A stretch of DNA of 64,000 bases from Hydrolagus affinis (lineage: Eukaryota), in contig JAAILG010000792.1 in assembly GCA_012026655.1 (NCBI GenBank), positions 1 through 64,000 of the forward strand, in the 5' to 3' direction. The notes under the pieces are model-generated. The model worked only from the letters and a program-made list of their open reading frames with translations. It did no database searches and was not told the origin of the DNA. The position numbers were made by a program, and so were the translations under genes. Position 1 is the first letter of the stretch. Each line of letters begins with the position of its first letter. Below, piece by piece: positions 39,121 through 50,816 of this stretch.

Positions 39121-40545
39121 AAATAATAATTATTTTTGCATTTGGCAAAGCACATTATCACGCCATTAAGACATCTCAAAGTGCTTCACACTATGTACTG
39201 TAAAGTAGAGTGACTGTATATTTTGTGCGTCTCACAAGCAGCCATGAAATGAGGACCAATTTTATTTGGGGGGTTGTTGGCCAGGACACTGGGACATACT
39301 CCCTTCTCTTTCCATATAGTGCCATGGGATCTTTAGCATATACCCGAACAAATAGAATGAATCTCGGTTTAATGTCCCATCTGAAAGACAGCACCTCTGA
39401 CAATGCAACATCCCCTAGCATCATCCGTAGATATGGGGTAAATTTCCACATGTACGCGGATGACACCTAACTCTACCTATCCGCATCATCCCTCGATTCC
39501 AGGACCACTGGCGTTCTGACTGCATGTCTGTCCGACATTGAGTCCTGGATGAGGGCAAATTTCCTACAACTCAAGGTCAACAAGATGGAAGCCCTCCGAT
39601 TGGCTTGCGTCAGCGCCTCCGCACCTCAGGCGCTGACAACATCAGCGTTCAAGGCTGCTCTCTCCACCTCTCAAAGCCAATCAGGAATCTGGGCGTCTTG
39701 TTCGACCCCGAACTATCCTTCCTCCCCCACATCCGCTCCATGACCGGCACAGCCTTCCATCACCTCCGTAATATTGCCAAACTCCGCCACTACCTCACCC
39801 CCACGCCGCCGAATCCCTCATCCACGCCTTTATCACTTCTAGGCTCGACTACGGGAACTCTCTCCTCGTCAGCTCCTCCCTTCACAGGCTGCAGATCATT
39901 CAGAACTCTGCAACTGGTGTACTTTCTCGCACCAGGCTTCGCGACCACATCGCTCCCACCCTCGCCCGTCTCCACTGGCTCCCCTTCACCCAGAGGATCG
40001 AATTCAAGATCCTTGTCCTCAGTTTCAAGGCCATGCATGGCCTTGCCCCCACCTATCTCTCCGACCTACTGTCTCCCTACCAGCCTGCCCACACCCTCCG
40101 TTCAGCAGACTCAGGCCTGCTCCGCGTCCACCGCCCTAACCGCCCAACCATCGGCGGCCGGGCTTTCAGCCTCTCTGCTCCCACACTGTGGAACTCCATC
40201 CCGCAGCCCCTCCGCCTTGCTTCCTCCCTTTCCTCCTTCAAGGCTGGTCTCAAGACCTTCCTCTTCGACCGCGCCTTCAGCTGCCCCACTAACCCTTCCC
40301 CGTCTCCCACTCTCCTTCCCCCTACTTCGACTCTCCCCCACCCCCTACTCCCCCACCCCGCTCGTGTCCCGACCAGACTGTTCAGCGCTTTGGGACGTCC
40401 TCCCGACTTGAAAGGCGCTATATAAGTGCAATTTTGTTGTTGTTGTTGTAGCACTGCATTAGATTGTCAGCTTAGACTGTGATTTTAAGTCTGGACATAG
40501 AGCTTGAATCCATAATCTTCTGTCTCAGATACAGATTGCAAAACA
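39121..40545 (-). mobile_element. Deu-domain SINE split by the L2 insertion at 39421-40448
   Basis: 3' part at 39121-39420 (gttggccaggacactggg..atagtgccatgggatcttt..ctcggtttaatgtcccatctgaaagacagcacctctgacaatgca) continues at 40449-40545 (gcactgcattagattgtcagc..ttgaatccataatcttctgtctcaga). Confidence 0.8.
39421..40448 (+). mobile_element. Young 5'-truncated L2 LINE with TAGCA target-site duplication
   Basis: HMYADDT, WMRANFLQL, RLDYGNSLL, LHWLP, IGGRAFSLSAPTLWNSIP, (TTG)n tail; TAGCA at 39416-39420 and 40449-40453. Confidence 0.92.
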
Positions 40546-41546
40546 AGCCCAGCTTCCAAATCAAGATTGAGCAGGCTGACACAATACATGTTGTTTGATT
40601 ATTAGAGTGTGGAATGCCTTGACATTCATATCTGTTGAGCTGGTGTCAGTAAATTTGCCTCATGGCTGTTTGTGGGAGATGCAGTATGTAAGTTGAGATA
40701 GGCAATTGCTGCATTCACCTACCATATACAGTCCTACGCTTTACAATAAATCCTATGTAGGCTTTGAGACTTGATATATACTATATAAATTCAAGGATTA
40801 TTATTATGTTAACAATACTACATGGTTATAATATGATCGTGTGAAATTTCGAGACTTTGAAGGTTGTTAAAGCTGCTGAGTTTCCAGTGATTCTGTTTAT
40901 TATTCAAAGTTCTGCCATTTGCATTCATAAATTTAGATTTTTTAAAAATGTTTTTGCTTTTCATGCAGACAGATGTTCATGTTGTGAAGGCAATTGGTTG
41001 CTTTGTTTGGTAGCAAATCCTGTGTGGAAGTCAGGGTTGATTGCCTGGATAGCTGAGATGCCACCTTAATGTGTTAATGTTTTTTTTTACTAGTTAAGAA
41101 CTGCCAGGCAAAATAAAGGGCTATTCTTCTCCTGCCATATCATGACCCAATATGCAAAGGGTTTCTTTCAAATCTTTCAACAAGGCTGCTGAGTGGATTG
41201 ATTTGCATGTATTTTTGAAGCAGTCTTGATCTGACTATTTAAGATGACAAATGCTTTGTGCTCCATCCTAAACCATCTCTTTTACTGTACTACTGGTGTA
41301 ATTCATTTATATTTGCAACTTGAATGGGTGAATATAAATCTTAGATTTTCATCATTCTTTGAATGTAATGCAGCCTCCACATATGAAACTTTTCCCATCG
41401 TAACCCCTTGATTTTATCTGTGGCCTGGAGCGCTTGGAGTTTTTTTGTGCTTTGGGCATACTTGCCTCATTGTCTAGCTGATTTTGTCCGCTGCTATAAC
41501 TTCTGTGAAAATAATTGAGTCACAAGTTCAGACCCCATTCTTAATA

Positions 41547-41761
41547 CAGTAAAAGGCTGTTTATCTGGCACCCGATCAACCGTAACTTCCATATAACCGG
41601 CATCGCAAAAAAGGTCCGCATTCGATTAACCGGAATTTATCCGGAAAAATGCATTGAGAAAAACATTATAATTTTTGGGGAGAGCGTTTTCGGCCGAATA
41701 TCCAGCATGCGCTTTACCCGGCATTGGCCAGGTCCCGAGGGTGCCGGATAAACGTTTACTG
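41547..41761 (+). mobile_element. Tigger/pogo-type MITE
   Basis: TA|CAGTAAAAGGCTGTTTATCTGGCACCC ... GGGTGCCGGATAAACGTTTACTG|TA. Confidence 0.78.
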
Positions 41762-42190
41762 TATCAGGTATCCCTGTTGTAACACAATCCCGTTGAGTTA
41801 TTCTCTTCCCATAGCGGTGGTCTGCTGTGGACCCATGCTTTACTGGAACCCAAAGGTGACAGGTCAGTGCACTGCACTAAAATACTGTTGCCTTCTGATT
41901 TGTCAGTTTGCAAATGGCGTCACTTCCTGCAAGCTGCGCGCACAAACGTATCACTGATGTTGGGGCCTGCACATGTGCTGGAAATGGCCGCTGATGTCAC
42001 TTCCTGAGAGCTGTGCACAGGAAGCACTGTTGACATCACTTTGTGAAAGAAGTGTGCATGTGCAACTTATTGTCTGTAATGTAATTTTTTTGTATATACC
42101 ATGTTATAAGAAGGCGGCCTATATCCATTGCAGGGTTTGTGGACTGGTCCATAAATATAATGTTGCAGGGGCATGGTCTGCAATATTAAT

Positions 42191-42500
42191 TAATAATAAT
42201 AATAATTCTTGCATTTGATGTAGCGCTTTTCGCATCTTGTCTCAAAGCGCTTCACGGAATAAACTGTAAAGTGAATTGACTGTATATTTGTGGGCGAAAC
42301 GTGGCAGCCAATTGCGCACAGCAGTGTCCCACAAACAATCTTGGATTGAAATGACCAATTTTTTTATTTTTTTTTGGAGGGATTTTTATTAGGCATTTGG
42401 GGTAAGGAAACTTGCCCAAGGTTTCGCCCTGACCTGCCTGGATTTGAACACGGGTCTCACGCTTGTAAGGTGAGTGCTGTAACCACTGAGCTACTTGCTC
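42191..42500 (-). mobile_element. Young tRNA-SINE, full length
   Basis: A/B-box head, conserved body, (ATT)n tail. Confidence 0.88.
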
Positions 42501-42617
42501 ACATGATACTCTATAGATGCAGTGAAAGCTGAACTACATTCAAGAAATGAGAAAGCACAGCACAAAAGATAGGTAATCAAACATTTAACATATCTGTAGC
42601 ACATATGTGAGTGGAAT

Positions 42618-42808
42618 GTGTCAATTTTGCCAACCAGTAGGCAACTTTGCGGTGTGAGCCCCATGCCCGCAGGAAACTGACCATTCTTACTTCATTTATG
42701 TTCCCTAAAAGCGACAAAGATTTTTAATCCATCAATCTTTGTTGGACTTGGACCCAAATCCCAGAGTTGAGAGGGTAATGTTCCAACCAACTGCTCTGTG
42801 CACTCCCT
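42618..42808 (-). mobile_element. Ancient LF-SINE-like SINE 5' half
   Basis: Reverse complement ccctctcaactctgggatttgggtccaagtccaac..gatggattaaaaatct..cagtttcctgcgggcatggggctcacaccgcaaag..ttggcaaaattg parallels 8764-8940. Confidence 0.5.
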
Positions 42809-43777
42809 GAAGGCGAAGTATAATAAGGAAATGAATAGGAAATTTAATTAGGAAGTCTCTCACGAAATGAAATTTGGATCCGAGGAATATCTGTAGAACA
42901 AATTGATGCTGACACTGTAGAATACTTTCATTTCACTCTGTATTTATAATCGAAAGCTGTGCTGTCTCTTCCCTCCCCCTTTCCTCTCCCCCCCACCCAA
43001 CACAGAAAGATCCTTCAGAGATAAGACTCGATGATTGTGAATGTTCGGTTATAATAAAAATACTTATATTTGATATAGCGCCTTATCAGGTTGTTGAGAC
43101 ATCCCAAAGTGATTCACAAGATATATTGTATAGTAAATTGACTGTATATTTTGTGGGCGAAACGCGGTTATGGGTGGGAACGATTTCAGAGTCTTTTAGA
43201 GCATTGGGGTAAATCTATTTTCTTGGTACAGTATATGGACCCAGGAGAATTGGCAATACAGTACTTTGATCTTGACCTCATTGGTTAAAACTTCACATAT
43301 TTATCTTACTATAAATTGAATTAAAAGGTTCATTTAAAACAAATTATGCCCTGGTCGAGTTATTTCTAAGTGTCAATTCATATGCTGCTGATGTCTTTGG
43401 GATATAAATTTATTTTGGGTTTAATACTGTCCATTAAAATGTGACATTTTTGTTTTCTGCTGACTGCTGCAGCTAAAACCATTCCTTGGGTAAAACCAGG
43501 GCTTCAGAACATAGTGGTGAAGGAACTAAATGGGATTTCTAAGTAAGTAAGTAATGGCAATCCTTCTGGTAGCAGCAGTGCTCATGGCTCTCTGAATGAA
43601 TGTGCACATCTCTCACAAGATTGAAACAAGTGGCACATGTTGACTCTTATCCCAGTAGAGGGATTAAAAAGAAAGGCAACAGCAGAAACTTTTGTTTGTC
43701 TACAACATACACAGTCGTGGCACTTTACAAGATGTCATGTGACACGTCCTCCCAACGTGAAAGGCGCTGCAACAAGT

Positions 43778-44025
43778 AATAATAATAATCCTTACATTTG
43801 CTGTAGTGTTTTTCACGTCTTCTAGGCGTCTCAAAGCACTTCACAGAATATACTGTAAAGTGAATTGACTATATTTTGGTGGGTGAAACGCGGCAGCCAA
43901 TTGCGCACAGCAGTGTCCCACAAACAAACGTGGATTGAGTGACCAAACATATATATATTTTTTTGATGGATTATTCTCAGGCGTGTGGAGTGAGGAAACT
44001 TACCCTGCCGGGAATCGAACCCAGG
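43778..44025 (-). mobile_element. Young tRNA-SINE, 5'-truncated
   Basis: Same family; B-box ggttcgattcc present on the minus strand. Confidence 0.82.
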
Positions 44026-44114
44026 TTACTATTTTCCCTTTTTTAAAAAAAAAAACCTGAGCAGAGGACTAGTTGAACAGAATACAAGGAAAGAATAACA
44101 AATATGTCAACTTG

Positions 44115-44470
44115 GATTGGTTGGTAGCACTTTCATTTGATTCAGAAGGTCGATGGTTCAAGCCCCATATTGAGATTGAAACTCACATAGTCTACACTGA
44201 CAGTACAGTGCTGGGGTTGTGTTGAATTGTTGGAGGTGCCGTCATTCAGATGAGACGTTAAATCAAACAAGAGTTTCTGCCGGTGTCCTGGCCAACAATC
44301 TAACAAATAAAAATTGGTCCTTTGTTTCATGGCTGTTTGTGGGATATTGGTCGTGCTCAATTGGCTACCATAAATAAACAGCCACTGCACTTTACACTAT
44401 ATCCTGTGAAGTGCTATGAGACATCCTCCTGACGTGTAAGGTGCTACACGAAATGCAGGGATTATTATTT
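44115..44470 (+). mobile_element. Deu-domain SINE
   Basis: gttggtagcact..tcagaagg..ggttcaagcccc head, ggaggtgccgtcattcagatgagacgttaaa, ccggtgtcctggccaaca, L2-like tail. Confidence 0.75.
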
Positions 44471-47127
44471 TAACAGAATAGAAACTGAACTGAACATTTG
44501 TGGACTATTAGAAGGACAGGAAGAAAACCACGTTAATGTGCTGAGAACACTGACGTTCAGAGAATCAATAATTAAGATGTTAATCTTTTATTTGTGTGCA
44601 AGGGCAAGATGGAAGACTGGTAATTGTTCAATGATTCTTATTTTGTGTATTTACCCTGATGTATTTACTAGTTATCTTTCCCAACCTATTTGTCCCCATT
44701 CTTTTAATTTTGAGACCGAGTGCTTTCAGCCATTACTCCTTAATCTCCCTGCCTCAGTCCCTTCTCTTTGCCCATGTTCAAATCACACTGGAAGACATTC
44801 TGCTTTGAGCATGCATTTGGTCACATCCCCTCTACTTCCAGCTTGGTGCCAAATAGCACTGCTGTTAAGCGCTCCGACACTGTGTAGGATCATCTATTTC
44901 CATGTGTTGAATATAGTCTTTGGGCACTGAGTAGAGTTAAAAGAGTTCTTTATTACAGTACTTGTAAAGTTACAGTACAGGCACATTGCTTGAGCTGCTC
45001 TTTTTAGACAAAAGAAAAGAATCTCTATTTATACATTGCTATTTTCTGTTAGCTTATTCAATCAAAAAGTTACTGATCACTCGAGACACCCTCTTTCAGG
45101 GGTTTCACCCTATCAAATTAGTCTCTTCCTTCATGGGTTGCACTTGAACACTAGTACGTACAGTCTAACCTTTGTCTCACATATTGATCATGAGTCTGCG
45201 CACTATTGGCGCACGGTTTACTGATTGGGTTAGTTGGAATGTTAAACAATGCTCATATCTAGTCGCTCGGTTAGCTGTCTAGGCATAACATTCTGGTGCT
45301 GAATCACACTCCTTACTTCTTTAACTCCTTCACGCTGCCTACATGGGGTTTGTGCAAGAAAGATATTCTGCAATGAAGCTTGTTTCTGTAGTTCATAAAA
45401 ACTCTGTGGGAGATGGGCGTCCAAATACTGAATTTAAGAATTTCCCAAATTTCTGCACCATCTAAAATATTAAAGCCTGACTGTTGCTGATGATAATGTT
45501 TGGATGATGAGATATTTGGTTTCCTGATGAGGACAGTATCTGTCTCAATCGTGTGCCCAGCCACTTTTGAACTTGCTATTCAATACTCACTGCCATGCTT
45601 TCGACAGCATGAATGGCCCCCAGAGTGAAATATCATGGAATTGTATCCCAGGAAGAGAGTTGGCGGCATCAGGAGAGGAGGAGGTTAGTAAAAGAGGAGA
45701 AAATTGGCACACAGAAGTGTGGCGTTAAGCTATTCAGAACCTGCAAGTTCAAATACCGCTCTGTTACGGAATTTGAGCATTTACGTGTTTTCAGGTCGAG
45801 TTGCTTTGTAAATTCACTGGTGTTAACCAGTTATAGCAACTGAGGCAACAAGATTTCCATTATTTACTGCTGTTTTATTAAACCTATTCTTCCATATCAT
45901 TCACAAAATATCATTGTGCTTGGAAGAAAAACAAGGATTATCGAGAGGGCAAAGTGGGAAGCCTCCTCTGAGACTGGCTGGAAGATTATGTATGCTCAGT
46001 GGAGTTTATAAATATTAGATCAAATATGAGTTTGTGTTCAGTTTTTCCAATTAAAATAGTTGCTTCTCCAGAATGTGCTCGTGGTTAAAGACTCCTATGA
46101 ATAAACCTGATTTGAAATGTGCCTGTCGCCTAGAAGTTCAAATGAATGCCCCAAGGGAGTTTGCCGGAGGAAAGTTGTTAAATTTGCACAAAAATTAGAG
46201 AGGTCATTAAGGTTCCACGCTCGATTTTGCTTTCAAAGTCTAAATGCAACCATTTCAGGAAATCTGATCGCCAGCAAGTAAGTTTCAGCATCCAGAATTC
46301 CAATCCGATCCTATTATCTCTTATCCTGTACAGCATACATTGCTGCCCGTTATATAATGTGCTTCTCTATAGTGCAATTTCAGTTGTAATGCAGTTGCAG
46401 TGTGCGCCCCATTCACTGCACTACCAGCTACTTTGCGTTCCACATATAAGGACTGGCATTTGCACTACTAAGGTCAGCACCAAAGCACTTCACAGAATAT
46501 ACTGTAAAGTAAATTGACAATATATTTCGGCCACAAAATACAATCAATTCACTTTACATTATGTTCTGCGAAGCGCTTTGAGACGTCTTGAAGATGTGAA
46601 ACAGTGCAAAATCAAATACATATACTGTATATCAAATGCAAGATTATATTATTTATTATACTTAACTTTCTGTGCTCAAAAATAGTCATCGGTTATATGG
46701 ATCATAGACTGTCACTTCCTGTTTCGCACATGCATTATAAATGGGAAGTGATATTCTCAGTGACCTAATGATTTAGATGGTTGGCCTTCATTTTTGTTTG
46801 GAAGTGGCCCTCACAGAGGAAGTGAGCTAGCTGGCTGTGTGTCTGCAGTAAATCTGTCAACCAGCCTTATAGTTCAGGTTGGGATTTTATAGTTCTCAAC
46901 TACTTTGCTATAACGAGCTCCACTGTATATTACTGTACATTGAACTCGAGTGAACTTTCTTCAGGTTTTCTTTGGAATTTAGAAGTTTAGCAAACAGCTT
47001 GGTGGGTAAAAGACACTGTGAGAAAGCCCGCTAAACTGCCTTTTTTTGACTTTAGTGTTCAGAGACAATTAGATTTTTGTAGCAAACCTGCTATTGGAAC
47101 ACGCGAGAACTTTTCTTCATGTGTATC

Positions 47128-47550
47128 AGCCTGGCTTAGTTGGTAGCACTCTCCCTTCTGAGCCACATATGTTTGGGGTTCGAGCTTCATGTTGGGACTG
47201 TCAAGACTGACACTCCAATATAGAGCCAGGCGAAAATGTAAGCAGGAGTTCTCTACCTTGTAGAACTACCAAGTTGCTGCAATAATAGAGGGGCCGTCCT
47301 TCGGGTAAGAGTTAAGTTGCAGTTCTATTAGGCTGTTCGAGGGCACGCTAAAGATCCCGTGGCACTATTTGAAAGAAAAGGTATTTCCTTCCTGGGTCCT
47401 GAACCAAAAATGCCCTTCCTGACTGTTTGTGATACATTGCTGTATGTGGATTGGCTGCCATGTTGGCCTGCAAGTGCATAGCCACTGCATTTTGCAATCA
47501 AGTGCATTAAGATGTCTTCTGACATATAAGATGCTGATGATAATATTTAT
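47128..47550 (+). mobile_element. Deu-domain SINE carrying a 46-bp foreign insert (47229-47274)
   Basis: tggcttagttggtagcactctc head; taaagatcccgtggcactatttgaa Deu core; collinear with 44115-44470 except for the insert. Confidence 0.75.
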
Positions 47551-47724
47551 ATTATCATATTATATATTTGAATATTTAATATTTATCCTTCTTTCTCTCA
47601 TTTCTCCCCTGGCGATCAACATTTTGTCTCTAATTCCACTGACCGTACGCTGAGGGTGGTGAAACCTAACAAAAAACTTTTTAAATTGAAACATCTAAGT
47701 ATATAAATACTTGAATTGCAGCCC

Positions 47725-48312
47725 AGGACAGCAACAGCAGCAACAAGAATATCAACAAAATTACACCTGGACAGCACCTTTCACGTCAGGAAGACGTCCC
47801 AAGGCACTGGACAGTCAGTGTTTCGGACCTGAGCTGGAGTCGGATCAGGGAGGGTGGAGGGAAGGTGGGGTGGGGGTTGGGGGGCGGAAAGGAGGTGACT
47901 GATGACATGGTCAAAGAGGAGGGTCTTGAGGCTAGACTTGAAGGAGGTCAGGAAGGGGGCGAGACGGAGGGATTTCAGTATGGAATTCCAAACGTTGGAG
48001 GCAGAGTGGTTGAAGGCTTGCCCGCCGATGGCGGGTGGTTCGGAGGGCATGGAGTAGCTGATACCTACTGAGTGGAGGGAACGGACAAGTTGGTAGGGGG
48101 TTGCAGAGGTAGGGTGGGGCAAGGCCATGGAGGGCATTGAAGGTGAGGACCAGGATCTTGAATTGAATCTTTTGAGTGATGGGAAACCAGTGGAGTCGGG
48201 CGAGAATGGGGTTGATAGATTTGTGGAGCCTGGTGTGGGAATGTACATATGCTGCAGAGTTCTGGATGATCTATAGCCTATGATGGGAGGAATTGGGGCA
48301 GCCGACAAGCAG
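47725..48312 (-). mobile_element. L2 LINE 3' fragment
   Basis: Minus-strand AIGGQAFNHSASNVWNSI..LKTLLFDH; (CAA/CAG)n tail at ~47725-47760. Confidence 0.85.
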
Positions 48313-48756
48313 GGCGAAAATGTAAGCAGGAGTTCTCTACCTTGTAGAACTACCAAGTCAACTTCTAGAGCTAGACCTTAATATTACTATTGAACAGTAA
48401 AATTACACAATGTTTGGAATTGGCATTCAGCAAGACTGATTGTTCAACACCGTTTCAGTTCATTTTTCAAGGTTGAAAAAATGTAGCTTTAACTGTGCAC
48501 TTGCAAATCTCTTCACAGTATTTTTCCCAGTGGTACTTCAGAGCAGCCTTTCACTACTGGGTGCTGGTGATTGTTATACCTAGAGAATGTTTCTAAATTG
48601 ACTAGTTCATTCAACAATTACATTCTGTGCATTGGTGTATTAATGTAAAAGAATTGAAAAGAATGTGGTTTGTAACTTAACCTTTGAGAAAGCTGGTGGG
48701 TGAAGAAAGTATTGTCAAGTAGTACTGGGAATATTATTTTATTATATTACTGTATT

Positions 48757-49060
48757 ATAATAATAATCCTTGCATTTGATATAACACTTTTCACATCTTG
48801 TAGATGTCTCAAAGCACTTCACAGAATATACTGTAAAGTGAATTGACTGTATATTTGTGGGCGAAATGCGGCAGCCAGTTACATACAGCAGTGTCCCACA
48901 AACAGTCGTGGATTGAAAATAACCAATTTTATTAATGTGGGTTTTTTGGAGGGATTATTAGTAGGCATGTGGAGTAAGGAAACTTGCCCAAGGTTTTACC
49001 CTGGTCTGCCTGGATTCGAACACAGGTCTCACACTTGTAAGGCACTGAGCTACAGGAGCT
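48757..49060 (-). mobile_element. Young tRNA-SINE
   Basis: Same family as 42191-42500. Confidence 0.85.
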
Positions 49061-49699
49061 CTTTTGCTAGCTAATGTTGCTAGCATAGGGCAGTGTGGTC
49101 CAGTGGTAGGAGTGGGTGAATTGCACTGTTGTTACCACTCAGTCCTCTTGAGCAATATTATCATCGTTTGTATGAGGATTTCAGTGGGGAATTGTGGTTT
49201 TATTGGCTGGTCAACAATCACTGCTGCATATGTGCTGCAATTTGGCCTGATGGTGGACATTTGCTGCTCAAATGCTGTGTGTGTATGTGGGGGTTGGGGG
49301 GTAGGTGCTGTAGTTGGATGGGTTGGTTGAAGTAGAGTAGGTTTCAGACATGTGAGTTGGATTGCATGTCTCATGTTGGGCTTCTTTTTATGAAAGTGGC
49401 ATATTACTTGCTTGGATATATATATAAAAAACCTTCAACTGTTGGTTGTTGGGCTCACTAATGCGAGAGTGAGCACCCTTTCTTAAGAAACAATGTTTGA
49501 GCATCTAGGCTGCAAAGGAGAGGATGAAAAATTGAGGCAGAGGGAAACTGGAGGGAAACGTAGGTGAGAGAAACCGGGCATCTTAACTAGGAGCTGATTT
49601 TATTTACTATCAGGAAACATCTCAGCACTTCTTTCAACTTCTTTCACCTGAAAAATGTTGTCACATTTTTTCTTTATTTTAAAATATTTCATTGTACAG

Positions 49700-50816
49700 T
49701 ACTAATGGCTTCTCCTCCAGCCCCCGCACAGTCACGTGCGGCGTTCTCCAGGGCTCTGTCCTTGGCCCCCTGCTCTTCACCCTCTACACTCTCCCCCTGG
49801 GCGACATCATCCACAGACATGGGGTTAATTTCCACATGTATGTGGACAACACCCAACTCTACCTATCCGCGTCAACCCTCGATTCCAGGACCACTGGCGT
49901 TCTGACGACATGTCTGTCCAACATTGAGTCCTGGACGAGGGCAAATTTCCTACAACTCAACGTCAACAAGAGAGAAGCCCTCCTGATTGTCTCACGTCAG
50001 CGCCTCCGCACCTCAGGCGCTGACAACATCAGCGTTCAAGGCTGCTCTCTCCAGTCTTGTTTGACACCAAACTATCCTTCCTCCCCCACATCCGCTCCAT
50101 GACCAGCACAGTCTTCCATCATCTCTGTAATATTGCCAGACTCCGCCACTACCTCATCCCCCACGCCGCCGAAAGTCTCATCCACGCCTTTATCACTTCC
50201 AGGCTCGACTACGGGAACTCTCTCCTTGTCAGCCTCCCCAGCCCCTCCCTTCACAGGCTGCAGATCATTCAGAATTCTGCAGCTCGTGTACTCTCCCGCA
50301 CCAGGTTTCGTGACCACATCACTCCCACCCTCACCTGTCTCCACTGGCTCCCCGTCACCCAGAGGATCGAATTCAAGATCCTTGTTCTCACTTTCAAGGC
50401 CATTCACGGCCTTGCCCCCGCCTACCTCTCCGACCTACTGTCTCCCTACCAGCCTGCCCACACGCTCCGTTCAGCCGGCTCAGACCTGCTCCGCATCTAC
50501 CGTCCTAATCGCCCAACCATCGACGGCCAGGCTTTCAGCCGCTCTGCTCCCTCACTGTGGAACTCCATCCCGCAGCCCCTCCACCTTGCTTCCTCCCTTT
50601 CCTCCTTCAAGGCCGGTCTCAAGACCTTCCTCTTCGACCACGCCTTTGGCTATCCCACTAACTCTTGCCACTTTCCTTCCCCTTTCCCCTACCCCAACCC
50701 TTCACACCCCCACCCCCCTCCCCACCCCCCCTGCTCAGGTCCCAACCTGACTGTTCAGCGCTTTGGGATGTCCTCCCATCATGAAAGACGCTCTATAAGT
50801 GCAATTTTGTTGTTGT
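49700..50816 (+). mobile_element. Young 5'-truncated L2 LINE (RT C-terminal half plus 3' end)
   Basis: [28 protein letters not shown]; FITSRLDYGNSLL..LHWLPVTQRIEFKILVL..; (TTG)n tail; closely similar to 39421-40448. Confidence 0.93.

Noticed and set aside
39549-40454. Overlapping ORFs up to 268 aa (also 49692-50818, 18703-19194, 47781-48356)
   Set aside because: Frameshifted fragments of 5'-truncated L2 ORF2 or their shadow frames, not host genes.
45240-45570. Possible RTE-clade LINE remnant on the minus strand
   Set aside because: Only a vague resemblance (EILKFSIW..); too degenerate to call without a search.
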